Source: Gonapodya sp. JEL0774 (taxonomy: Eukaryota). From it: a stretch of 64,000 nucleotides of DNA. Location: positions 62,001 to 126,000 of the forward strand of contig JADIIX010000057.1 of assembly GCA_027604505.1 (NCBI GenBank), in the 5' to 3' direction. Position 1 is the first letter of the stretch. Each line of letters starts with the position of its first letter. Position numbers and translations under genes: made by a program. Below are positions 1 through 13,976 of this stretch, piece after piece. Below the pieces are notes generated by a model. It had not been told where the DNA came from and made no database searches. It saw only the letters and a list, made by a program, of their open reading frames with translations.

Positions 1-3000
1 CCCAGTCGCGGCAGCACGTAGGGCACGCGCTTCAGCTTGCAGCTGGGCAGTGGTCTTGTAACCGCCGTCAGAATGAACAGAAACATTTTCCGATTTGCCT
101 CCCGGCATTGGGGTGCCCGGTCCAGATGTCGAAGGAGACGCGGGACCTGAGCCCGATTGAGCCGCTTTGGCAGCTCGTGCTTCGGCTTGAATTTGTGCTG
201 TGGTTTTGCCGACGGCAATAATCGGAGTAGGATCAGATCCGCGGTGGCGTCCCATAGATCGCATCTGTTCAGTGGTCATGTACTCGCCAGAACCGGATGT
301 CGGTGTGGTAGGCACGTCGCTCGAAGACCGAGCGACAGCATATGGCGGTTGCGGCGGTCCTAATGGCGCTTTCGGACCAGAAGCGGCCTCCGAAGCTGAT
401 GGCATGGCCGAAACACGGCGTGGGGGAACATTTTCGCTTGTCAAAACTTTTCCTGGTCCGTGACTGCGATTGTAATCGTGACTGGAATGGACCCTTGGAG
501 GAGGGTCGCCAGCCGAAGTGTGACTTGGCTGCGGCCTTGGAGGAAGATCTGAAGACCGTTGTGGAGAATCTCCTTGCGAGTGCCTACTAGAAACCGACGG
601 CCGCTCTGAGGGAGTTCCACTGGGCGATGGCACAGTGGATGGTGAATTTGCACCATCTGTGGGCATGGGCGGCCGTTCTGGAAGAGAAGATCCAACAGAA
701 CTAAGCTGCGTATGTTGATTTGGAGATGAGACACGGGACGGTGAACTGGTGCCATTGGCAGGAACGGTTGAAGAAACCCCAGTTCGATTTCCCAAAGAAG
801 GGGATCCAGATCTTTGCACTTCCTCGGAGGCTTCCACTGACGGTCTTGATGACATTCTTGGCCGAGGCTGTCCTGCTTGTGAAGATTCCGGGTTATTTCT
901 GTGGGAACTCTGATCAACTGAATTTGAAGATCGTGCTAGGTCGATTGCTACGATAGGTACCACGTCAGCAGGTGCCGTTTTTTCTTCACCAAATGGTAGC
1001 ATAAAGGAAGCAGTCTGAAGCTCTGCAGTTGTGGGTGTTGCAACCTTGTGAGGAAGCCTGGGCACCGGACTTGGGGAAGAAGGTTTCAAGACAGCGCCCG
1101 CACCAGCTGATGCGGTACGTTGGGCCGAAGTGGGAAGTACCGCTGCTCCAGCCGGTACCGATGCTGAGAGCTCTCGATTGGTGATGGAGGCGCGTTCGGG
1201 TGGGGTTCCAATTTTCTCTGGCGGAGGTACTGCGCTCGATGCGAGCGCATGTTTCGGGGCTGAGGGTTTGGAAATGACTTTGACGACATCCAGATCCAAG
1301 TCATCGAGCAGAGGATTCGAAATTCCAGACGACTGAGCTTGAGCTGCCTCCAGTCCGCTTGAAGATTGCTGCGACGCCTCCGATCCACGTCTGGAAGCCT
1401 CCTGCATTTGGGCAGTAGTTCGTGCACCAGGAAGGGTCAATGGTTTTGTCACAACGGGAGCTTCCCGAACACCTGAAAGATCCGCTTTCCGTTTTGCTTC
1501 GGCAAGTGCGGCAGCCTCTTGGGCTTTTTTTGCATCGAATTCTCTTTGTGCTTGTTTTGCTTTCTCCTCCGCCTCCTTTAGAAGTTCCGGTGCTCGTTCA
1601 TCCATCACAGAAAGTAGAAGATCACGAACGCGTCGCCAAGCAGTACTTTCAATGTCACTCCATTCAAATCCGTATTTTATGCCATTCACTAGGGACAAAA
1701 CGCTTGGACAATCAGATGATGGTCATATCCCACAGAAGACTAACTCACCGTCACAAAGCATCAGGGAACGGAATACATTTAAACCCTCCAAGGCGCACTC
1801 TGCAACTTTCTTTCTGCGCATCGCTAAATCTTCAGCTTCCTTCTTCTTGTCTGATGTTCCGAAAAAACTCAGATAATTGTAACCCGAACTCTGACTCCAT
1901 TTTTCGAGGCCTTCCTTCAGCCCATCGGAAACGTTTCGAGTAATCGTGTTGTAAAAGTGAATAACGAGAAGATTAGGGGGCACTTCGATGGAATCTTCAT
2001 CATCTCCGAGATCCTGAACAGAAACCCCGCGGGCTAGTTCCTGCATTGCCTTCTCGCGTCTTTTCCAACGCTGCCATTTCAACGGCAACTTCATCTTGGT
2101 TTTGGATGCCACCCATTCACCGACCTTTAAATCTAGCCACATATTTATAACTGCAAAGCTTTCATCAAGGTAGGTCGTGACCTGTGCGATGGCGGTTTCC
2201 ATTTTGGCCGGTCCGCCCTCCACGACCCCCAGCTTTTCAACCGCTTTATGCACGACACGTCGAGTGAAACGTGCAATGTTGTCCTCCACTGTGCCCAGCG
2301 CATCACCGACACCGTGCTCAATGTCCCAACGAGCGCGGTCCAACCAAAACTGTAGATTATCGGCATACTGGGGGTCTTTATCAGCATCATTCTTCCACAC
2401 CCGGATAAAAATTTGACTGCGGTGTTCCTCGTCCAGATAAATCTTCCTTTCTTGTACAGAATAGTCATCCAGATTATCAAGTGGCAGCAATGGCGACCCC
2501 ACCGGTGGTCCTTGTCGTGCAGCATTCGCATTGAAAGGAATGTAGAGTCCAAACCACCCAACAGGCTTTTCTGTCCCGAAACCACCAAATGTCTTCTTGT
2601 AGACGACAATTTCGACTTGCCCGTACGGAAGGTCATCCATCTCAGAAAAGACGAATGTGTCGTTCCAGTTTGGATCACCGACTCCAGATGCAGATACCAC
2701 AGACTTTGTCCTACCCAACTCAAGCGGGTCCACAATACCCTGTGCGGCCTGCCCAGCTTTCGCTTCATTAAACTGCCCCAAATAGCGACGACCATATTCT
2801 CCCTCCATTCGAATAACGGCGTAATACTCGCCGGGACTTCCGTCAGTCGCTCCCTTGCTATCTAAAGCTCGTGCGTTGATGATACGCAAAGAATATGATG
2901 CACGGCCGGTTGCTTTCTTCGGGGGATGACTGGCATTGTGGTCAGCGATCAGTTTGGTGTACATTGGCGCATTCATAATCGCCTCCATCTCCTTCAGCCG

Positions 3001-5793
3001 ACCGAGGGAATCAATTAGGTTGTTCAAACGGATGCAGAGCTTATGATAGGGTAACATTGTAATTATAGGGTGACATTGTAGTCAGATAAGCAAGTGAAGT
3101 CAAGATCTTAATACCCACCTCAGGAGTGCAAGGCGACGGGGCATCGTCGAGGTTGCCATTTTGTTGTTTTGCATCCAAGGAAAAGAACGAGCCCATCAAT
3201 CGCTAACAAAATCAGCCGCAGTCAGCTTTTTGTTTGTGCGATCCTCAGTAGATGGTTTCCTCACCTCAACGTAAAGATTGAGTGCTTTTCCCATGACTTT
3301 CGCAAATCTGCTAAGGAATTTTCCTTTTGTTAATTGGTTCTCCCACTTCAATGTTTCGATGAAATTGAGTGCTTGATGGAATGAACTGAAAATATCCACA
3401 ACCGAGGTGGAATGCAGGACAGATGGCGGCAAAACCGGCTTGAACTGGGAAAACAAAGGTGTTCAGAATTGCAACGGCGACAGAGAACATCACAGGAACA
3501 CAAAACCGACCATATCATTTTTAACAGCGGCGTCCACCCATTCTGCAGTTTTGGCTTCTGTAACGTCCAACCATTTTGTCACGAATGGAGCGAACCAGAG
3601 TTCAATGTCAAATGCCATCTCGTCATCCCCATCATCCTTGGAATCGGTGGGGTTGCCCATTTGCGACTTGAGCATCCGAATGATTTGATAGAGCTCCAGC
3701 ATTTCGGCAATAGAAAACTCGGCACCTTTGACACCAAGCTGGTCACGGAGTGACCCCATCTCGAGAATCACATACTTGCGAAGGATGTTGGAACATGCCA
3801 ATTCATCAACATTTATAGCACTTATTGACCCAGAGTGTTGAGTTTGCCAAGCACGCATTGCAAGTGCAATCTGAAAAACTCACCCGTCCAACAGTTCTGG
3901 AAATCCAATGATGTATGCTTGAACCTCCGCTCTGACTGCCTTGACTAGTCTCGTCAATCTCGCAATTTCCGTCTCCCCCTTTTCAACTTCGCTGAGTGTT
4001 TCCTCGTAGACTCTCTTGTATCTGCTGATCACTGCCTCAAGGGCCAAATCTCGAATCCTTCCAACAGCGCCTTCGCCCTCCTCTCCTAATCCCCGAGCCA
4101 GCTCACGAGAGAATGAAACAACATCTGACGCTCCCCGCAATGTTTCCCACGCAACCCAAGTTTCATCTTGATAGATCCAATGAAGGCCATTTGCACAACT
4201 GGCGATTTCATCTTGGCTCGAGTCGTCGCCAGAGACAGCAACTGTTTCAAAAAATCCAAGGAACGACTTGCGCAGAGCTGGTTCGGCGATACTCATTACA
4301 TGAACGTATAATGATAACTCCGCCCATGTTAATGATGAGCGATCCCGTTCAAAAGCCAGGACGACGCGCTCCAACACATCGAAGACATCAGAGAGCCTTG
4401 CATGTCCACCGCTGCTCGCCACCAGTTTGAGTAGGTTTTCTGCATGGCAGAGGTCTCGGAATATCGGTGGGATTAGCCATCGGTCCGCACATTCGTTGAC
4501 CAAGCCACGCGTGAGATTAGACAGGAATGTCGTTCTGTGTGTTGGGGCATCACGAGTGATGCATATTGCGTAAAGGACCCGATAATAAGAATATGGGTCC
4601 GGCGGGACGAAAAGCGAGGAGCTTGAGCGCGCTGGAGGTGGGGCATTCTGAATTACCGAGGCAGATGTTCATTCAGTACAAGTTCGGAGAGAAACTCAAC
4701 CAGCACAGACTCACAATAACCGACTTCAGTTCAGGCCACCTATTGGCTGCCTCAGCCATCACCTTCTGTACTCTCTCCCTCACCGTTTCAGCAAATTTTT
4801 CATGACCTTGTGAAGTAGCGAAGTCACGATGTGTATATCCGGGAAGTTGGTCGCGTTCCACTGCTTCCACGAGGGACTTGAAGTCCGACAGGGCCGTCTA
4901 GCCGGGGAAGCTCAAAAATCTGCAAAGAAGCGTCTTAGGGATTCAACTACAGCTTGTCTCACCTTTTTGCTTGTCGCTCTTAGAACTTCAGCTAGTGCCT
5001 TCCCGTGCGCTTGATCGTGCATTTTGAAAACAACCTTAGCCCAGGATGCTAGCTTGACATCCTTGACCTCATCCATGTCCCCGTTCGCTTCTGACACATC
5101 GGTGAGGAATTTTGTCAGATGAGTTTTGTAGTTTTTGAGCTCCGGGGAAGACGGCAATGGACTGGAGGGAAGAGCCTCATAAATGGCCTCTCTGATGAGT
5201 GAGACATACATATCCATGACAGCGAGAAGAAGTTCATCGTGTGTCATGGTATCTGACTTGTGATTTCGAATCTGTGAGTCGACTTGGGACGCAAGTACTG
5301 TGATGAGATCCCGGAAATTAGAGAGAATACCGGTTTGAACAGAAGAAGAAGATAAGACTGTGTCCAAAAGAGTTTTGGCTGATTTGACAAAGATGCCGAG
5401 ATGAGGAGTCCGCTCAGTTGGCACTTGCGATAACACAGTGTGCCGGGTCTGCGTTCGACGCTGAAACTCCGTAATAACTTCCAATGGTACTTGAAACCCA
5501 GCAACACCAGCTCCAGTGCCCACCAATCCCGCTGATGCAGCTGGCGGTGGAGTTGGGGGTGGAATGAAGTCCGTAGCACACAACGGAATGAGAGTACATC
5601 TGAGCACGTAGGCGTACAATCCCGAGATGTCCACCTGCTTCGCCCGCATATTAAGATCGTTCCGCGTTTTCTGAACGGTTTCGGCTAGCTTAAGAAGTCG
5701 CTCGTGTGCTTTCGGAACTCGGTTCAGGCCAGAAGCTTCCCTCGCCCACTCAGTTGAAGCGCCCCGCGACGGATATTTTCTGATGTCAGTCAT
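1..5793 (-). CDS. Munc13-homology (MUN/MHD1-C2-MHD2) protein with a long low-complexity C-terminal tail; 3' end lies beyond the window start
   Basis: Minus-strand ORFs 4912-5793, 3880-4503, 3490-3858, 3196-3456 and 1723-3057 join at GT..AG introns. MHD1-like text: 'IELWFAPFVTKWL...WVDAAVKND', 'HSTSVVDIFSSFHQAL', 'KLCIRLNN'. C2 domain: 'YSLRIINARAL...ELGRTKSV...DPNWNDTF'. The last exon (~1689 to <1) stays open to the window edge. Confidence 0.8.
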
Positions 5794-6058
5794 TTAATAG
5801 TCACTTGATGGGTTTCGTTTTCGTGGATCTGAATGGAGAGCACTGTCCAAGGAATGTTGGTGTTGGACGGTTCCTTCAAAGAGCGGAACGGCAACTGAGA
5901 CGGTGGCGACTCAAGGCTTTCGCCTGGATCACGGTTTGAGATGGCAATTGACGGCAAATGGAATCAGCTGCAGGCGAAGGCACCGTGGGTGTTTTTGGAT
6001 ATCTATTACTTGTGATCAATGCCACACCGCCCCAACATAATAATGTTTCGGTCGGCTA

Positions 6059-7829
6059 TTATAACAGTAACCATCTAACACATAAAATGAAAATTCCAAT
6101 CAGTAACTCTAAGCCAAGCACTGTCGCTGCCCCAAGAAGTGCGCTCCTTGTCCACTCCTCCCAATGCGACCGCTTGGTGGTGAGCAAAAACTGTGACTTG
6201 CTCCTCTCACACACCCCTTTTTCTTCCTTGTAAAGCCATATTTGAGAGTTTGTCTTACTAAGGAAAGCAGTCCCAATTGACCCTGCCACACGGTCCACCA
6301 CAATACTCTGTTGAAACACCTCGAGGAGAGGCCTTCCCCGCCACTGAGTGGGTTGTTGTAAGCCAAGTGCATAGAGGATCGTTGGCGATACGTCCACGAT
6401 CGACAGCCCTTGAAGCGCCTCCAATGTGTGACACTCCCTGACTAGTCCCTCCTGTTCCGACCAGAAAGCGAGTGGTGTCAAAAGCTCGCTCATGTTAAAT
6501 CCACCATGAAATCGGCCAGTATCGTTGCGACCGTGATCAGATACCATTACTACGAGTGTCCGAGAGAGAATGCCCGCCTTTTTGTAGGCTTGAAGAATGT
6601 GTCCGACGTTTTCATCCACGTGCTTTCAGCGTCCCCAAAGTCATAGCCTATCAGTGCATGATTGAGCTCAACAAATATCGCACTCAGTTTACCTGCACCG
6701 CTGACCACCATTTTGGGCCGTATCCGAATGCGTGGCACATTTCGTCGACTTGTAAAGCGTCCATCATAATGTTAAAATGTTAATATCAACACATTGCTGA
6801 GATCGCCACCTTTCAAAATGTCACCCTCACCGTCGTCGAGATGAACAAACGTTACAGATCCATCTGCTTTGCTCAGTTCCTCCTCCGCCCAGGCGCATGT
6901 TTCCGTTGTTGTACGATTATCAGATCCGCCGTGGATAGATCGGTCTTCATAGAAGATGATGGGCTTGAACTTTGATGCAATTTTTATCGCATAAATGACT
7001 CACCGAGGTACTCCGTGGGCTTCAGTAGTTCATCGAACATCCCCCATGTGTAGAACGCTCCAAGTTTGACGGCTCCTTTAAGAGCGCTATCTTGTCCTTC
7101 AGGCTCGGAATCGGAACTCAGAGGAATGTTGGCGGAAGGAGGTAGAGTTAGGGTGGCGAGATCGCCAGAGCCACTTGCAGTTTCAATATCAGGTGAAAGA
7201 GGTGGTGAGGGAAAAGGTGAGGTGGGAGTGGCCAGCTCGAGAACGGAGTTCGGTTGAGAATTTGTTCCCTCCGACACAATCTGATCCCTCTTATGGGGTT
7301 GTCGACGCCGCAGCAGTGGAGCTGCACCGCTCACGGAGGGAGAGAGTTGAACGGGTGGCTCTGCGGCGTTCCCCCGAATCTGAGCATGAATAATGGCAAA
7401 CAAGTGAGGAAGAAACGATCCAGGACCTGAGGGAGCAGTCTGTTTTCAACGAGATTGTCCCCAGCGGGATGGGGGTATATAGTGATGACGAACGGTGAAA
7501 CCAATGTACACAACCACACCAGTAATTTCGTTATTGCAACTCACTACTGTCCCAGTGTTCCTTTTCCAGAAGTTTGAGTCCACACCAGTGAAAACAGGAT
7601 CGGCACTCGCCAAAAAGGAACTCCAATTGGGTGCGCTTTCGGTTACGTAGACGCTCCGGCACTGAGTGGACGAGGCCCCTTCCTTCATGAATCTGCCAAG
7701 GTTTGGAAGTTGGTCCCAAGAAAATGGAGGCGGCAGCTCTCCAGGAACTCCATCAATACCCAGAATCAGAACGTGAGGTATGAGAGCCGGGATTGACGAG
7801 GCGGGAGGACAAGAAGTAAACAAGGACAT
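6059..7829 (-). CDS. Alkaline-phosphatase-superfamily / type I phosphodiesterase-nucleotide pyrophosphatase with C-terminal TM helix; start uncertain
   Basis: Motifs 'VLILGIDG', nucleophile 'TESAPNWSS', 'VSDHG', 'HGG', 'IVDVSPTILYALG'. Hydrophobic C-terminus 'ALLGAATVLGLELLIGIFILCV'. Confidence 0.8.
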
Positions 7830-8253
7830 TGGATTCTTCAATCTAAAGCGCTCGCTTTTGGTGAGTGAGCAGCAGCAGTAGACAGAGAAGCGAGTGATTG
7901 TTCCACTTCGCGCAATTTTCTCGCCTGAGATCTGGACATTTGGTGTTGTGATCGTTTGTGTGTGCTGCCCACGTGAACAGCGTTCCTGAACCCTGGTGCC
8001 CTGAAGAATGAGGAGTGATCAATCAGTATAAGTTATAATAATGTATTTGGACCCGGCTTTCTCTTTCACACAATGAACAATGATGAATGTATACCCGCAG
8101 CACCCTGTGCACAGATTGAAACTTAGAGCAGTTCATTACAATTGGAGATTGCCCATACTCACCAAAAATCCTGGCTTGAATGTGGTCCGTTTTTTTGAAG
8201 TGCATTTACAAGGATTCTAACAAGGTGTCTACACGCGTGACGATCCCACAGCC

Positions 8254-9934
<1,681 letters not shown>

Positions 9935-10588
9935 ATTCAGTAGTCCGACTGGGCCAGATGCACCATGAAAGAGGTGGCCCAGGCACCCCACAATGCCACA
10001 CCATGTGCCATCATCATTGTGTTGCTCTTTGTGCACTTACAACACAACAGGAGCAGCACTCAGACTGTTGGGCATTCTACATTGCCCGAATGTAAGTTAC
10101 AAACTTCGCATGGCCCACATTGTTATCGGAATCTGGCATTCTCTAGCGTCGCAGAGGGAACTGTGGTGGTTGACTGTTACTTTCATTATGTACTTACTGG
10201 CCGGACCTCATCATCTAATGGTGACATTATCATTACATAAGACACGAGATTTTCTCAGCGACAGCAAGGAGTACTCTTCGGGGACAGGGCGAACGTATCA
10301 ATCGACTTAAGGGAAAGAGAAGACCTACGAAGGTAGAGGCCTCAGAGGAAATGGTCTTCAGTCGAATTCAGGGCTTCGCAAACGAGCTGTTCATAATAAT
10401 GCACAGGTTCGAATCAAACTGAAAGTCAATTTGTCATGCGGCTCGCCGTCGCGTTTTGGGGGGACCAAACCTCATAAAACCCTTCACGCGGACTCAAAAC
10501 TTCTTTGAAATAAGCGAGTTGATTGCCTTACTATTTGGATCTACACAAACAGCTCGAGGGTTCCGTTGAGTCTGTGTCGACAAGTCTA

Positions 10589-10628
10589 ACCCCTACCCCC
10601 ACCCCCACCCCACACCCCCACCGCGCCC
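10589..10628 (-). repeat. C-rich tract (G-tracts on minus strand, potential G-quadruplex) in the RPT6/permease divergent intergenic region
   Basis: 'cccctacccccacccccaccccacacccccacc' has five or more runs of at least 3 C. Confidence 0.5.
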
Positions 10629-10987
10629 TTCCTGTAGGGTTATAGTAGTGTAGGTATGTACGTATGTTAAGGGAAGATGTTCCATTCACCAAATGTGAGC
10701 GCGCTTGGGGGCGGGCCGTGATGCACCGATCGTGATCGGCGGTGTTGACCAGCTACAAAGAGTCTGCAAAAGCGGGGAAAATGCTCACTGTGTTTCAAGT
10801 GGACGAATTTTGGCTTGATTAGTGGGATTAGCTCTGCTCAGTACCACAACGGGGAGCAAATTGATCGCTGATTGGTGTGGATTCATATCGATAGGGGTGC
10901 CTCCTCTTGGCACCTGAGGGGGGAGGAGCCCTTTAGATAAAACAATACGAAACCCACTTTTCCCGCCATTCTCAGAATACTGCCACA

Positions 10988-13848
10988 ATGAAGTTCGATC
11001 TCAAGGAAGAGGTGAAAACCTACTTCCCTCGGTATAAGCCAAACTTCACCCCAGGTCTGTAACCTTCCACGGGATCACCAGCCATTTTCTTGTGTCACCC
11101 GCCAAACCAGTTAACTCATCACAAGACAAACTTTGCAGGGGCAATCGTAGCACCCGAAGAATACCCTCATCCGTACCAAATTGTCTTTCTTGGTGAGAGT
11201 CGATCACTCCTGTTCCCGTCTCCTTTCGGGAACCGTAGGATGTGACGTGTAACTTCTCCCTCTCAACTGCTTCTTCGAATCAGCATGCCAGCACTTTTTG
11301 GCAATGTGAGGAACCCCTCTTGTCTTTCGGCTTCGTGGAACATTATGTAAAATGTGCCTTCGTGATTTGACCCCAGGTTCGGAGGAACAGTCCTCGTTCC
11401 CCTCTTGTTGGGTTTCTCCACCAACACCGCATTGCTTATGTCTGGAATTGGTACGATTGTGTTTTTCCTGGTAAGTTTTGAGAATGGAGAAGGTGGTTTC
11501 GGTTCCCGCGAAAGGAAGTTTTGAACGCACCCGGCCGTTTGCAGGTCACAGGTGGACGTGTTCCCTCTTACCTTGGATCTTCCTTCGCGTTCTTGGGTCC
11601 AGTAAGTTGCGTTCGTCTGCTTTCAGGCTCCCTCCCGCCTCACAGTCGATTCTTTCAGGTCTTCACAATCACCGGATACGGTATGCTGAATTTGTATGAC
11701 TCATTGATAATCCCGTTTATATGACACTTTTCTCGCTGGAACCCATATTCTGCGCGCAACAGCTGGTGGTGGGACCAACCAGAACATGTCAGTCACTCCT
11801 CATTCCATTTGTTGGCGGGAGGATATCGCACTGACTAAAACACTTACTATTCACTCACGAACGCATTGCTCAGTTCTCTGGCATTGGGTGGTATTGTTGT
11901 GATGGGTGCGATGTGAGTTACAGCGGTTCATTACTAAGCACAACAACCTTACTAATCTAGTCCTTCGCAGTTACATCGGTGTCAGTTTGATAGGTACTTA
12001 TCGGAATGACACACCTGGAAATTACCGTTGAGCTGCTCTGAGCTATTCTGTCATCCTAAGTGATCGTCGCCGGGCACACCTGGATTGAGTTCCTCCTTCC
12101 CCCACCTTGCACTGGTGCTATTGTGCTCGCAAGTAAGTGATAAAGCGATCTTCGGAACATGGTTACGGATTTTGACCCATCATCTTGTGTCACAGTCGGA
12201 TTGTCGCGTATGTCAATGTGAACTTCCTTCTTGAGGCAACAAACACTCAGATTTTGTACCCGAACAGTTGCTGGAGCCGCAATGAACGATTGTAACAGTG
12301 GTGGAGTCAACCCTTGGATCGTGAGTTCTGTATAAGAGTTATCCTCTGTGACGAACCTTTGAACAGCAGTTCCCTCCATGTAGGCCGCAGCCGTGGTCCT
12401 CTTCACCATGCTGGCCTCTATTTGGGGTACGAACCTCACCAAACGACTTCCTATCTTTCTTGGTGTTATTTTCGGATACGTCCTGTGAGCATTAGGCGCT
12501 GTGCTAGTCCCGATACATGGACACTAACATCCATTGTCTTACAGTTACGTCATCGTCTGGAAGGCCGGTGGCGATGTCAAACCGATTGGTGAGTCAGGGT
12601 TCATTCACCAACGCACAACATGTGTCAAACGTAGCGTATTCGTGGTTTGCAAGACTACACGGCACTGAACGCGGCTGCGTGGGGTGGTGCACCTGAACTT
12701 GCCACTCCCGTCTATACTGGCAGTGCTATTGCCACCATGTTCCCAGCTGTAATCGTCCTCATCGCCGAGAACCTTGGGCACATCAAAGTGAGTGGTCTTG
12801 TGTGACCTCGAATCTTCTGGTTTATTCCGTTGTTCACGCTGACGTATCTCTCCAGGCGATTGGTACCATGACGGGAAGGAACCTCGACAAGTATATCGGA
12901 AGGTCTTTGCTCGGTGACGCAATTGCGTGCACAATCGGTGGAGCTGCTGGTGCCTGTGTAAGCTTAGAAGACACTCGGCGTGGAAGAACACAATCTCAAT
13001 GCTGATTCCAACCTACGATATCCAGGGTGTCACGACATATGCCGAAAACATCGGCACGATGGCCGCAACGAGGGTGTACTCTACAATCGTATTTCCACTG
13101 GCTGCTCTGGTGTCTATCATCCTTGCTTTCATCCCCAAACTCGGAGCGTTCGGTGAGAGATTGCAGTGTCAGTGCCTGAGATTGCCTTTATTTTCTCACG
13201 ATTGTGATCGTCTCTCCCTTGTTAAACAGTTGCGACGATGTAAGTGTACTGAGTTTGAATTGTTTGGTTCTCCTCGTCTGACTGTGTAAATCTCTGTCGG
13301 TTCAAAAGCCCAACTCCCGTGATCGGTGGAATTGAGATGGTTTTGTTCGGCCTTATCGCCGCGTTGGGCGGACGCATCTGGGTTGAAGGAAATGTCGACT
13401 TCAAACACCAACGCAATCTCATTTCAGTGGGGTGAGCACGCCAGAATACATTCTTTTTATTGGGGACTCCAGTTCTCATCAAAAGGCGACATTCTTTTCA
13501 GGGCCTCGCTCATCCTTTGCATGGGAATGGCCATCTCGAATGTGACGATTCAATTTGGTGTGGTCCAGTTCTCCAACATTGGTGGGTTCCTCGAAGATTC
13601 TTAGGGTCACCCGTCATCACGTGCAACGCATTTCACTTGCCTCAATAGGTGCCGCAACTATTGCTGTCGTTGTCATGTATCAGTTGGCACGGAGCCCCCA
13701 GGAATGGAAGGAACTCTTCGAGGACTTCCGTGCCGGTCGACGCCCCAGAGAAATGTGGCCTGAACCCGTGGAGATCGTGGAGAAAGAATACTCTGACATG
13801 GACATAAAGCACACCAAGTCGGAGGAGACTCAAGTTTTGGAAGTCTAA
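10988..13848 (+). CDS. Nucleobase:cation symporter-2 (NAT/NCS2) of the RutG/UraA uracil-permease type; 21 exons
   Basis: Spliced protein: 'QHFLAMFGGTVLVPLLLG', 'GGRVPSYLGSSFAF', 'AENLGHIKAIGTMTGRN', NAT signature 'TTYAENIGTMAATRVYS', 'GGIEMVLFGLIAALGGRI'. Confidence 0.92.
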
Positions 13849-13976
13849 TAATTAATTGGATTGGCACGGCGATCTATGCCATCCATTCATTTATTTTTGT
13901 CTCCTCAGTACAGTACCTTTACTATCATACTTATTGTAATCTGAGTTGACGAATGTGCTACATATTGTTAACGTAA

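Noticed and set aside
10190..10202. 'tacttactgg' resembling the U1 snRNA 5' end
   Set aside because: It mismatches ATACTTACCTG, and no U1 stem-loops or Sm site are evident.
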